This document shows, in pieces, positions 1-9,251 of a stretch of DNA of 64,000 bases. Both the position numbers and the translations under genes were made by a program. Position 1 is the first letter of the stretch; the number at the start of each line of letters is the position of its first letter. Under the pieces are notes generated by a model, which was not told where the DNA came from, did not search any database, and saw only the letters and a list, made by a program, of their open reading frames with translations. Source of the stretch: Eubacteriales bacterium (GTDB lineage: Bacteria > Bacillota > Clostridia > Oscillospirales > CAG-272); NCBI GenBank assembly GCA_045543015.1, contig JAZQLY010000033.1, forward strand, positions 32,293 through 96,292, read 5' to 3'.

Positions 1-1194
1 TTCCTCCAGGCCGAAGAGACCAAGAATGGCAGCTTTGTCCAGCTTGGAGCCGATCACGCAGAAGCGGCCGATCACGTCGGCACCGCCCGTGCGCACGTCC
101 GGCTCGCCGGGGACGTAGTCAAAATGGATCCACTCACCGTTCACACCGGGGAGAATGCCCTTTGCACGCAAAACCATACCGTATGCAATATAATCGGCAA
201 AGGCGTCCAAAGCGTGACGGACCTCATCTGCCGTATATTTACGCGCGGTTTCTCTGCCAATGCTGTCAAACACCTCATCAGCATGGTGGTGATGATGGTG
301 GTGATGCTCGTGATCATGGCAGCCGCAATCACACTCCTCATCGTGGTCATGGTGATGGTGATGGTGGTGCTCATGCTCGTGATCATGGCAGCCGCAATCA
401 CACTCCTCGTCGTGGTCATGGTGATGGTGGTGCTCATGCTCATGATCATGGCAGCCGCAATCACACTCCTCATCGTGGTCATGGTGATGGTGGTGCTCAT
501 GATCATGGCAACCGCAATCACACTCCTCATCGTGGTCATGGTGATGGTGATGATGATGATGATGCTCCTCTTTCATCTTTGCCAGCTCGTCTGCCAGCGT
601 ATTGGTCTTTTCAATGGCGGCAAGGATCTGCTTGCCATCCAGCTCGTCCCACGGGGTGGTAACGATGGCGGCATCTGCATTGTGCTCACGCACCAGGGCA
701 ACGGCCTGCTCGATCTTTTCATCCGTCAGGCTCTGCGTATGGCTGAGGATGATCGCGCCGGCGTGGGCGATCTGATCGCCAAAGAACTCGCCAAAGTTTT
801 TCATATACATTTTGCACTTTTTGGCATCCACGACCGTTGTAAACCCATTGAGAACGGCATTTTCGGCATGCACGTCCTGTACGGCGCGAATCACGTCGCT
901 GAGCTTGCCAACGCCGGAGGGCTCGATCAACACGCGGTCAGGCGCAAAGCGCGTAAGCACCTCGGCAAGCGAACGGCTGAAATCGCCAACCAGGCTGCAG
1001 CAGATGCAGCCGGAATTCATTTCTGTGATCTCAATGCCGGACTCCTTCAAAAAGCCGCCGTCAATACCGATCTCACCGAACTCATTCTCGATCAGGACTA
1101 CCTTTTCTCCTGCATAGGCCTCTTTGAGCAGCTTTTTGATCAGCGTTGTTTTACCGGCGCCCAAAAAGCCGGAAAAAATATCAATTTTCGTCAT
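1..1194 (-). CDS. COG0523/CobW-family (G3E) metal-chaperone GTPase with His/Cys-rich insert; 3' end runs off the window
   Basis: Not in the ORF track because its stop lies outside the window. Manual translation from ATG 1194 gives MTKIDIFSGFLGAGKTT (Walker A), ENEFGEIGIDG, GCICCS metal motif, EPSG, then the His-rich tract and a C-terminal LRAKG motif. sigmaA promoter upstream. Confidence 0.92.
   Translation of the reverse strand, partial: MTKIDIFSGFLGAGKTTLIKKLLKEAYAGEKVVLIENEFGEIGIDGGFLKESGIEITEMNSGCICCSLVGDFSRSLAEVLTRFAPDRVLIEPSGVGKLSDVIRAVQDVHAENAVLNGFTTVVDAKKCKMYMKNFGEFFGDQIAHAGAIILSHTQSLTDEKIEQAVALVREHNADAAIVTTPWDELDGKQILAAIEKTNTLADELAKMKEEHHHHHHHHHDHDEECDCGCHDHEHHHHHDHDEECDCGCHDHEHEHHHHHDHDEECDCGCHDHEHEHHHHHHHDHDEECDCGCHDHEHHHHHHHHADEVFDSIGRETARKYTADEVRHALDAFADYIAYGMVLRAKGILPGVNGEWIHFDYVPGEPDVRTGGADVIGRFCVIGSKLDKAAILGLFGLEE
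283..564 (-). repeat. Four imperfect tandem copies encoding H(n)DHDEECDCGCHDHE within the CobW-like gene
   Basis: The unit gatcatggc(a)gccgcaatcacactcctcatcgtggtcatggtgatg occurs 4 times, separated by poly-His codon runs of variable length. Confidence 0.95.
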
Positions 1195-1240
1195 AATTCC
1201 ACTTCCTATTCTTTTATGGTATCACCCTTTTACAGGATGT

Positions 1241-1269
1241 ATTGTAGCACATTTCCACGGCAAAGTCAA
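1241..1269 (-). promoter_or_regulatory. sigmaA promoter of the CobW-like gene
   Basis: Minus strand TTGACT-17 bp-TACAAT with extended -10 TG. Confidence 0.7.
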
Positions 1270-1303
1270 TGCAATGCAAAGAATTTGCTGCAAGCAAGAC
1301 GCC

Positions 1304-2203
1304 CTATTCTTCGGCTTCATCTGGTAGTAGCATGCGGTACAGCTCACTTTTCGGGATCCCCATTTCCTTGGCTACCAGCTTGATCGCCGCCATGCGCGAA
1401 ATGCCCTGTGTCTCACAGTACAGATCTACGCGCGCCTCGGGCGAAAGCGCCTCTCCCTCAGGCGTAGCAGCGGCAGGCACACTGCCCGCTTCCTCCCCGC
1501 CCTCCAGCACCAGCACGTATTCACCGCGCGGTGCCTTTTCTTCATAGATCGCAAGCGCGCCGGTCAGGGTGGTACGAAGGATCTCTTCATTGAGCTTTGT
1601 CAATTCACGACAAAGAGCGATCCTACGCTCACCAAACGTCTCATAAAGGTCCTTTAAGGTGCGCAGCAGCTTATGCGGCGCCTCATATAAGATCATCGTC
1701 CGCCGTTCATCCTTGATCTCGGCCAGGCGCTTTTTGCGCGGCCCACTTTCTACCGGCAAAAAGCCCTCAAAGCAAAAGCGGCCGGTTGCAAGAGCGGAAA
1801 GTGCCAACGCACTGACGGCGGCGCAGCAGCCGGGAATGACGGTAACGGGGATGCCATGCTCGGCACACAGGCGCACCAGATCCTCACCCGGGTCACTGAT
1901 CGCGGGCATGCCCGCATCGGTCACCAACGCGCAGGAGCAGCCGGCAAGCAGGTCGGCTACGATCTCCTCACCGCGCTGCCGCCGATTATGCTCGTGATAG
2001 CTGATCAGCTTTTGCTTGATATCATAGCAGGAGAGCAGGCGCATGGTGTTTCTGGTATCCTCCGCCGCCACAAGATCGACCTCGGACAGTACCTTTTTTG
2101 CCCGCTCGGACATATCTGCCAGATTCCCGATAGGGGTAGCCACCAAATACAGCATACCCCCCAGGACCCGGTTCTTTTCGCTTATCATTTCATTTTCTGC
2201 CAC
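1304..2203 (-). CDS. rsmI: 16S rRNA (cytidine1402-2'-O)-methyltransferase
   Basis: LYLVATPIGNLADM, AAEDTR, DAGMPAISDPG, YEAPHKL, RELTKLNEE motifs. Confidence 0.96.
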   Translation of the reverse strand: MAENEMISEKNRVLGGMLYLVATPIGNLADMSERAKKVLSEVDLVAAEDTRNTMRLLSCYDIKQKLISYHEHNRRQRGEEIVADLLAGCSCALVTDAGMPAISDPGEDLVRLCAEHGIPVTVIPGCCAAVSALALSALATGRFCFEGFLPVESGPRKKRLAEIKDERRTMILYEAPHKLLRTLKDLYETFGERRIALCRELTKLNEEILRTTLTGALAIYEEKAPRGEYVLVLEGGEEAGSVPAAATPEGEALSPEARVDLYCETQGISRMAAIKLVAKEMGIPKSELYRMLLPDEAEE

Positions 2204-2207
2204 AGTC

Positions 2208-2990
2208 TTACCCCCTCTCCGTTGCTTGCGGTAAAACGCCGTTTTCCATCACGCTGACCATATCGGCCGTATAAACGCGCTTGCCCTCTGCCTGCTGCTG
2301 GTACACGAGCAGCGGGCGCGTTACGCACAGGCCGCATTTGCCGCCGGAAACGGCCTCTACAAGCAGCATAGACGGCTCCGTCTGCGCATCGGCATGCACA
2401 AGGGTCAGTCGCTTTGGCTCTAATTTGTTGGCACGCAGGGCGTAAAGCAAGTCAGCCATGCGATCCGGCCGATAGACGCAATAAAACCGCCCGCCAAAGC
2501 GCAGCAGCCTGGCAGCAGCCGCACAAAAATCAAAAATGTCCCCCAACACCTCATGCCTGGCGATATTCTTCTCCTCCGCCCCGTTGGGCGCACCCGCGGT
2601 GCTTTTCATATAGGGCGGGTTGGTAAATACCACGTCTGCCTTGCCCTGCTCTTCTCCTCTTACAGCTAACTGCCGCACGTCACAGCACACAGCACGCATG
2701 GCTTCAGAAAAGCCGTTCAAGGCGGCGTTCCGCCCGATCAGCGAGGCATATGCCTCCTGTACCTCTACGCATGCAACGCGCGCCACCTTTTTGCGGGAAA
2801 GGCAAAGCAAAGAGATAATACCGCTGCCGCCGCCAAGCTCTACGGCCGTTGCAGCAGGGGTATGCTTTATATAAGAAGCCAACAGGAGCGCATCCGTACC
2901 GAAATGCAGTCCATCAGCCTTTTGGATCAAACGAATCTGAAAATTGACCTCATCCAACTGTTCGCCCGGTAACAGATCCAGTTCACTCAT
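2208..2990 (-). CDS. tRNA1(Val) adenine-37 N6-methyltransferase family (YabB/TrmN6-like)
   Basis: FGTDALLLA, ELGGGSG SAM motif, NPPY catalytic motif, IARHE. Start taken at ATG 2990 after a GAAAGGA RBS. Confidence 0.88.
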   Translation of the reverse strand: MSELDLLPGEQLDEVNFQIRLIQKADGLHFGTDALLLASYIKHTPAATAVELGGGSGIISLLCLSRKKVARVACVEVQEAYASLIGRNAALNGFSEAMRAVCCDVRQLAVRGEEQGKADVVFTNPPYMKSTAGAPNGAEEKNIARHEVLGDIFDFCAAAARLLRFGGRFYCVYRPDRMADLLYALRANKLEPKRLTLVHADAQTEPSMLLVEAVSGGKCGLCVTRPLLVYQQQAEGKRVYTADMVSVMENGVLPQATERG

Positions 2991-3008
2991 ACCGTTCCTT
3001 TCTGACAC

Positions 3009-3045
3009 AAAAACGGAGGGGCAGAAACTCACCCCTCCGTTTTTT
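3009..3045. terminator. Intrinsic terminator after the ferredoxin gene
   Basis: aaaaacggagggg...cccctccgttttt inverted repeat flanked by A/T tracts. Confidence 0.8.
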
Positions 3046-3054
3046 GTATGGAAA

Positions 3055-3228
3055 TTAGTCTTCCTTTACGGGAGCATCTACAGGGCAAACACCTGCGCAA
3101 GAACCACAATCTACGCACTCGTTAGCGTCGATAACGTACTTGCCGTCAGCCTCACTGATGCAACCTACCGGGCACTCGCTCTCACAAGAACCGCATGCAA
3201 TGCAATCGTCGGTAATTTTATAAGCCAT
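3055..3228 (-). CDS. 2[4Fe-4S] clostridial-type ferredoxin
   Basis: MAYKITDDCIACGSCESECP...CVDCGSCAGVCP: two CxxCxxCxxxCP motifs; GAGGTG RBS. Confidence 0.95.
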   Translation of the reverse strand: MAYKITDDCIACGSCESECPVGCISEADGKYVIDANECVDCGSCAGVCPVDAPVKED

Positions 3229-3383
3229 GATGTACACCTCCATCTCTTAATTTTACTGTCACTATTCTATCACATTTCTTGAAAAAATCAAGAGGTTTTC
3301 AAAAAAAAGCATCAATAAGCCGAAAATTCGTCATTTTTTCCAAAAACCCAGGCGAAAATTGTGCAAATAGAACCAAATAACGA

Positions 3384-4631
3384 TTATTTTTCTCCGTTAT
3401 TTCCTTCCTGGCGTTTTTTCGCCGGCTCCTGGTTGCCACCCTCACGGCGCGGGCGGCGATTTTTAAAATTGCGATGGTTGTTGTGTGCCTTGCTTTGGCG
3501 ATTTTCCTGCTCACCATTCCCGGCTGGGTTATTCTTCTGCTCCTTTTTGTGCTGCGGGCGTTGGCGGTTGGGGCGGCCTTGACCTTTCCCCTCTCCCCGC
3601 TCGTTTCTTTTGGGCTTTTCCTCTGCTGCACTTGTGGCGGTAGCAGCATCCTCCTCTGCAAGGAGGGCGGGATCGATCTCCTCCTCTACCAATTGCACGT
3701 CCGGCTCCGGCTGCAGGCCAGCCTTGCCCTTGCTGCGCAGGACCTTGATATCTGCAACGGCATACAGCCTTGGTGCCTCTGCCTTATCATCCAGCTTTAC
3801 CTTCACCGTTCCGGCAAGCGGACGTGCCTCGGTAACCACACCAAGCCCCCCGGATGTACTGACGTAAGAGCCGACCGTGGGGGTCTGCTTGATCGCCTCC
3901 TCATACACGTCATGCTCATAGCGCAGGCAGCACATCAGGCGGCCGCACGCGCCGGAGATCTTGGCCGAGTTCAAGGAGAAGTTTTGCTCCTTCGCCATTT
4001 TGATGGATACCTGCACAAAATCCGCAAGGAAGCTGGAGCAGCAGAACGGCCGGCCGCAAACGCCAAAGCCACCCATCAGCTTTGCTTCATCACGAATACC
4101 GATCTGCCGCAGCTCAATGCGCGTGCGGAAGACGGAGGCAAGATCCTTCACCAGCTCACGGAAATCAACGCGGTTCTCCGCCGTGAAATAAAACAGCAGC
4201 TTACTGTTATCAAACGTATATTCTACGCTGACAAGATTCATCTCCAGCTTATGATCGCGGATCTTTTGCTTGCAGATCTCGGCAGCACGTTCCTCTAACC
4301 GCTTATTCTCCTCATACCGCGAAACGTCTGCTGCGCTGGCCGGGCGAATGATATCACGCAGGGGAGAAACCACCTCTTTGGTCGATATCATGCGGTTGGC
4401 GATGGTGATCTTCCCCATCTCCACGCCGCGTGCCGTTTCCACGATAACCGGCGTCCCCACTGCCAATTTAAAATGCTTGGGCGAGAAATAGTAGGTCTTG
4501 CCGGCCGTGCGGAAGCCTACGCCAACGATCTCCACCTCGGCAGGGGCTTCTTCAGCTGCAGGCCCGGACTCGACCGGTGCGGTTTTTACTTCTTCTTCCG
4601 TCAAAGAGACGGTATCTTTTTCGTCATTCAT
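3384..4631 (-). CDS. ricT: PSP1-domain protein (YaaT/RicT, stage 0 sporulation family) with charged disordered C-terminal tail
   Basis: RVDFRELVKDLA, RIELRQIGIRDEAK, CGRPFCC, KISGACGRLMCCL; adjacent to holB as in other Bacillota. Confidence 0.9.
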   Translation of the reverse strand: MNDEKDTVSLTEEEVKTAPVESGPAAEEAPAEVEIVGVGFRTAGKTYYFSPKHFKLAVGTPVIVETARGVEMGKITIANRMISTKEVVSPLRDIIRPASAADVSRYEENKRLEERAAEICKQKIRDHKLEMNLVSVEYTFDNSKLLFYFTAENRVDFRELVKDLASVFRTRIELRQIGIRDEAKLMGGFGVCGRPFCCSSFLADFVQVSIKMAKEQNFSLNSAKISGACGRLMCCLRYEHDVYEEAIKQTPTVGSYVSTSGGLGVVTEARPLAGTVKVKLDDKAEAPRLYAVADIKVLRSKGKAGLQPEPDVQLVEEEIDPALLAEEDAATATSAAEEKPKRNERGEGKGQGRPNRQRPQHKKEQKNNPAGNGEQENRQSKAHNNHRNFKNRRPRREGGNQEPAKKRQEGNNGEK

Positions 4632-4652
4632 ATTCCATCCTCAATGATATCG

Positions 4653-5690
4653 TTATTTCGTGGGGGCGGCACGCAAGGCATCCGCAAAGGATGCCATCAC
4701 AACGCCGATATTCGCGTTTTGATTTAGCTCGGCAATTGCCTCCTGCGTTGCATCATAGATCGAAAGCAGGGCACGCAGGCTGAGCCTGCTGCTGCGCTCC
4801 TGCGCTGCTTCCTCATTCCCAAAAAAGCAAAGCGGCGCCCGTTCATCCCGCTTGAGCAGGATCATATCACGCAAGGCAAGCGTCATTTGCAAAAGATCCT
4901 CTACCAGCTCACCGCGTTTGGTATGCAAGAGCGAAAGCGCCTCATACAGGTCTGAAAACCGCATGCGGCTGTGAACCGTGCCAAGCACGGAAAGCACTGC
5001 CTCCCGCTGGGCAACAACGGCGTTCATTTCTTTCCGCTCCAGAAGTGAGAGCAGCTGCCCGGGCGAACCGGCAGCAGAGGCGATCAGATCTGCAAGCTTC
5101 TCTTCCGATTCGGCACGCAGCCGCTGCGCCCGGGGATCGGCGGCAGCAAAGGCACGCATCGCCTCCCCTGAAAAGAGCGACATGCGAACCGTTTGCACAC
5201 GGCTGCGCACGGTTGGCAAAAGCGCAGAGCCGTCTTCACACAGCAAAAGGATGACAACGTCGCGCGGGGGTTCCTCCAGCACGATCAGCAGCGCGTTTTG
5301 CGCCGCCACGGTCATTTTGCTCGCCTCACAGATCACATACACCTTTTTCTCTAACTCGGTAGAGGAAAGATACATGTCCTCTTTGGCACGGCGAATGGCC
5401 TCAATGCCGATGGTGGCATTTTCTCCCCGCTCGATCACCGTCACATCCGGCGTATTGCCGGAAAGGATCTTGCGGCAGGAGGGACATTCGCCACACGGCA
5501 AAGGCACACCCTGCTCGCCCTTTTTCTCGCAGCAGAGGGCGGCGGCAAGCAGCCGGGCAAACATCCTTTTGCCGGTACCGCGCTCTCCTTGTATCACATA
5601 GGCGTGCGCCATCGTCCCTTGCAGGATGCGGTCGCCGAATTGCTGCTTCAGCCGTTCGTTTCCCATGAGCGTCGGAAAATAGGATTTCAC
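4653..5690 (-). CDS. holB: DNA polymerase III delta' subunit
   Basis: HAYVIQGERGTGK, zinc module PCGECPSC, AQNALLIVLEEPP, LPTVRSR; GTG start after GGAGG. Confidence 0.9.
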   Translation of the reverse strand: MKSYFPTLMGNERLKQQFGDRILQGTMAHAYVIQGERGTGKRMFARLLAAALCCEKKGEQGVPLPCGECPSCRKILSGNTPDVTVIERGENATIGIEAIRRAKEDMYLSSTELEKKVYVICEASKMTVAAQNALLIVLEEPPRDVVILLLCEDGSALLPTVRSRVQTVRMSLFSGEAMRAFAAADPRAQRLRAESEEKLADLIASAAGSPGQLLSLLERKEMNAVVAQREAVLSVLGTVHSRMRFSDLYEALSLLHTKRGELVEDLLQMTLALRDMILLKRDERAPLCFFGNEEAAQERSSRLSLRALLSIYDATQEAIAELNQNANIGVVMASFADALRAAPTK

Positions 5691-5721
5691 ATGCGACCTC
5701 CTGCAAAAATACTGTATATAG

Positions 5722-5750
5722 ATTATAACAAAAAGAAAGCTTTTTGTCAA
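5722..5750 (-). promoter_or_regulatory. Consensus sigmaA promoter of holB-ricT
   Basis: TTGACA-17 bp-TATAAT with extended -10 TG. Confidence 0.85.
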
Positions 5751-5795
5751 CCTTTTCTGTTTTGGAAATTCGCAAGCGGTGCATAGGCGCCCTTT

Positions 5796-8333
5796 TTATT
5801 CCTCACGATCGAGCAAGGCAAAGTATTTTCGCCACCAATCAAAAAAGCCGTTTCCGGCTCCCCCACCATGCATGTTTTCCGTATCACGGCCGTCATGCAA
5901 CGAGCAGGCGGCATTGAACTGTCTGCCGCTTTCCGTGCGCGTAAGACCGATATATTGCCCCGCTGGGATCAGGCCTTCATAAAACGGGCGGTCGGGCGCC
6001 CGCGTGATCTCCTCCTCTGCGATCGCACGGTAGCCGTACTGCGCATCCGCCACGTACACCTGGGTGGGAAAGCTTCTTTGCGGCAGCAAAAGCATGCCTA
6101 CCGTCTCTACCTGTGAGCGGGGGCAATGCGCGCAGGCCACACCGCCACCCACCTTATCATAAAGCACGGCAACATGGCGATCGCACGTTTCCCTTGGCGC
6201 GTCATCTGCCAAGAAATAACCTACGCAAATTCGATCGTTCCGCACGTCCAAGCGGCAGCTTTCACAAGGCAGCATGCCGGAATCCTTACAGTATTCCCGC
6301 CTGACAACGCGAAGCGGTATTTCAAATTTACGGGCAGCGCGGGAGGCGGCAAGCAGCCTGCTATGCAGCCGGTGCATGATCGCATCCCAGACCTCCACAT
6401 GCACACCCGCCAATTCTGCCGGGATAGCTGTCGTACCGTCCTCATAGCCGCACCAGACACCGGCTGTATAATACGGGGTGTACCCGACAAACCATTTGTC
6501 ACGGTTCTCGCCGGAGGTACCCGTCTTGCCAGCCGCCTCCACCAGGCGGTCTAAGGTGATGCTTTTGGCAGTACCGTAGGAGGTTACGCCCTGCAGCAGC
6601 TTGGTCATGATGCAAGCGCTCTCCCGCGAGAAAACGCGTTCGCCCGCCTCGTCATTTTGCAGCAGCACCTTACCGTTCCCGTCCAGCACCAGAGAATACG
6701 AGCGCGAGGGGTGATAAACGCCGCCGTCCGCCAGCGCGCCGTAGGCGTTGGTCAAGGCGCGCAGGGTAACGCCGTGTGAAAGCTGCCCAAGCGCCAACGG
6801 TGCCTCTGCCAGATCGGTAAGGACGCCGCCTGCGCGTCGCTCTTCCCTGACAAGCGTGGAAAGGCCGAGCTTTTCCGTCAGGTAGGCGTACGAGCGCTCT
6901 TTTCCCAGCTTTTTCAGTACCTGTACGGCAACCGTATTTTTGGAATAGGCAACGGCATCCTGCACGTCGGTCAAGCCATTATATACCGCCGGGGAATTGC
7001 CGGGCCATGGCGTGTAGCCGGTTTGGCTTTTCTCAAACCGCAGCGGCACGTCGTCCAACACGCTTGACCAGCGGATCACGCCCTCCTCCAAGGCGGGGGC
7101 GTAGACTGAAAGCGGCTTCAGTGCCGAGCCGGGCGCACGCGTGGCATCGGCGGCATGATTGAAAACGCGATTTTTCGTTTTCTTTCCCACTGCAGAAACG
7201 ATGCCAAGCAGATCACCGCTATACGGATCGCAAACTGTCATGGCGTAAGAAAGGCCGTTTTGACAGGCAGTGGGAAAATGTCGCAGATCAGAAAAATACT
7301 GCTCTAAAATTCCCTGCACCGCGGCATCCATCTGCGTATAGATCTGCAAGCCTCCGTTATAGACAAGCTGCTCTGCCGCCTCGCGTGCCAGCCCCCGCTT
7401 TTGCATCAGGTCGCGGGTGACATCAGACAGGACGGTTTCCGTATACCAGTCATAAACGACCTCCTCCTGCCCGGCAAGCGGCACAAGATGCATCTCCTCT
7501 GCCAGCGCGGCCTCGTATGCCTCTTGTGTCAGCATCTCGCATGCGCGCATTTCATGCAGGATCAGATCGCGCCTTGCGCGATTGTTCTCCTTGCTTTTAT
7601 ACGGGTCATACCGCGCGGGCGAATTGGTAATGGCAGCGATAGAAGCGCATTCCGCAACCGTCAATTCAGATACGTTTTTCCCGTAATATTTTTCGGCAGC
7701 AGCACCAACGCCCATGCAACCTTGCGACAGCGGCACGATATTGAGATACAGCTCCAGGATCTCTTCCTTGCTGTGCATGTTCTCCAGATGCAGCGAACGG
7801 CAGACCTCGCGCATTTTTCGCGCAGGCGTGATCTCATCATCTGCCGAGATGTTTTTGATGAGCTGCTGCGTGATGGTGGAGCCGCCAAAGCGACCGTCAA
7901 ATTTCAGCACATAGTTCGCAGCTGCCTTTGCCGTGCGCAGAAGATCAATGCCGTGATGCTGATAGAACCGCTTATCCTCAATGGCGACAAAGGCATCCTT
8001 CATTGCCTGTGGAATATCTCTATACGCACAATAGATGCTGTTTTGCGTACCGTGGATGCGCTGCCCCTCCCTTTCCACCGGGCAGTACCCGGCCGGCAGC
8101 AGCGCCGGTCTGCCAGCAGTGGTGACCTGCTGCGCAGGGTCGCTGTAATATAACCGCGTGGTGTGGCTACCGTGCGCCAGCGCGAATAGTGCCTCGTCTG
8201 CTGCATAATCCATATGAAAATAGGTGTAACCGAACAGGCAAATGCCAAGCAATACAAGCAGCAGCACGGAGATCAATAGTGCTTCTATGATCCGTTTTGT
8301 GTGTTTTCTTCCGTCTGCCTTGTTTTTTCTCAT
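5796..8333 (-). CDS. Class A penicillin-binding protein (PBP1A family, transglycosylase-transpeptidase)
   Basis: N-terminal TM; GT51 motifs AIEDKRFYQHHG, GGSTITQQL, RKMRE; transpeptidase SxxK (SALK), SKN, KTG. Start uncertain (8333 or 8351). Confidence 0.92.
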   Translation of the reverse strand: MRKNKADGRKHTKRIIEALLISVLLLVLLGICLFGYTYFHMDYAADEALFALAHGSHTTRLYYSDPAQQVTTAGRPALLPAGYCPVEREGQRIHGTQNSIYCAYRDIPQAMKDAFVAIEDKRFYQHHGIDLLRTAKAAANYVLKFDGRFGGSTITQQLIKNISADDEITPARKMREVCRSLHLENMHSKEEILELYLNIVPLSQGCMGVGAAAEKYYGKNVSELTVAECASIAAITNSPARYDPYKSKENNRARRDLILHEMRACEMLTQEAYEAALAEEMHLVPLAGQEEVVYDWYTETVLSDVTRDLMQKRGLAREAAEQLVYNGGLQIYTQMDAAVQGILEQYFSDLRHFPTACQNGLSYAMTVCDPYSGDLLGIVSAVGKKTKNRVFNHAADATRAPGSALKPLSVYAPALEEGVIRWSSVLDDVPLRFEKSQTGYTPWPGNSPAVYNGLTDVQDAVAYSKNTVAVQVLKKLGKERSYAYLTEKLGLSTLVREERRAGGVLTDLAEAPLALGQLSHGVTLRALTNAYGALADGGVYHPSRSYSLVLDGNGKVLLQNDEAGERVFSRESACIMTKLLQGVTSYGTAKSITLDRLVEAAGKTGTSGENRDKWFVGYTPYYTAGVWCGYEDGTTAIPAELAGVHVEVWDAIMHRLHSRLLAASRAARKFEIPLRVVRREYCKDSGMLPCESCRLDVRNDRICVGYFLADDAPRETCDRHVAVLYDKVGGGVACAHCPRSQVETVGMLLLPQRSFPTQVYVADAQYGYRAIAEEEITRAPDRPFYEGLIPAGQYIGLTRTESGRQFNAACSLHDGRDTENMHGGGAGNGFFDWWRKYFALLDREE

Positions 8334-8410
8334 GATATTTTGGTGTTTCATTCTTGCGTTTTTATTTTTAATATGCCCCAAACCATGCGTTTTTTTCTGC
8401 CTTTTCAAGG

Positions 8411-8445
8411 AAAAAGAAAAGGCTGCGTTCGTTTGAACGCAGCCC
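8411..8445 (-). terminator. Intrinsic terminator after truA
   Basis: Minus strand GGCTGCGTTC-AAAC-GAACGCAGCC followed by TTTTCTTTTT. Confidence 0.8.
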
Positions 8446-8454
8446 TGAAGTCTA

Positions 8455-9228
8455 TTATCTTTGAAGCAGACCGTCCGGGTAAAGCACATGTGCCAGGGTC
8501 AGCCCGTGTGCAGGCGCGGTCATACCGGCCAGCACGCGTTTCTTTTCGCGAAGGATGATCGCCACATCCTCCGGCTCTGTTTTTTCAACCGCCACAGAAA
8601 GCAAGGTGCCAACGATGATACGGACCATGTTATACAGAAATCCGTCACCGTGTACATATATATGGATCATTTCCCCTTCCCGCTCGCAGCGACAGGAAAA
8701 GATCGTGCGAACGGTATCCACGATGGTAGAGCCGTCTGCCATAAAGGCAGCAAAATCATGCCGCCCCACCAGCAGATCGGCCGCCTGCTGCATGCGAGAA
8801 AGCGCTGCTTCATCCAGGTAGCGCGGGTAATGCCACGCACGGTCTGAAAGGAACGGGTTGCGGACAGGGGCATTCCAAATATCGTACCGATAGATCTTGC
8901 CAAGCGCTGCATAGCGCGGATGAAAGTCCATCGGCGCTTGCATACAAAAAATCAGTGAGATATCCTCCGGCAGATGCACCGCCAGCGCAAGCGGCAGCTT
9001 TTCCGGCGGGATACTTGCATGTGCATCGTCCTCCGGCTCTATCAGCACGCAAAACTCCTCTGCATGCACGCCGCGGTCTGTGCGGCTGCAGCCGGTGACG
9101 CGGCAGGGGCAGCCAAACAAGGCCGCTAAAGAGCGGCAAAGCTCGCCCTGCACCGTTCGTTTATTGGGCTGCACCTGGTAACCAAAAAAGTCTGTTCCTA
9201 CATATTGTATCAATGCAAGGTAACGCAT
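8455..9228 (-). CDS. truA: tRNA pseudouridine(38-40) synthase
   Basis: YVGTDFFGYQ, SRTDRGVHA (catalytic Asp), GFLYNMVR, TAPAHGL; follows ecfT as usual. Confidence 0.96.
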   Translation of the reverse strand: MRYLALIQYVGTDFFGYQVQPNKRTVQGELCRSLAALFGCPCRVTGCSRTDRGVHAEEFCVLIEPEDDAHASIPPEKLPLALAVHLPEDISLIFCMQAPMDFHPRYAALGKIYRYDIWNAPVRNPFLSDRAWHYPRYLDEAALSRMQQAADLLVGRHDFAAFMADGSTIVDTVRTIFSCRCEREGEMIHIYVHGDGFLYNMVRIIVGTLLSVAVEKTEPEDVAIILREKKRVLAGMTAPAHGLTLAHVLYPDGLLQR

Positions 9229-9251
9229 AAAAACTCCTGTGGCACAATGCC

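Noticed and set aside
283-564. Regular repeats of about 60 bp that might suggest a CRISPR array
   Set aside because: The intervening sequences are His-codon runs, not unique spacers; the repeat is in frame in a protein, and no cas genes are present.
124-1383. 419-aa plus-strand ORF with Val/Met-rich pseudo-TM repeats
   Set aside because: Antisense shadow of the His-rich CobW-like gene on the minus strand.
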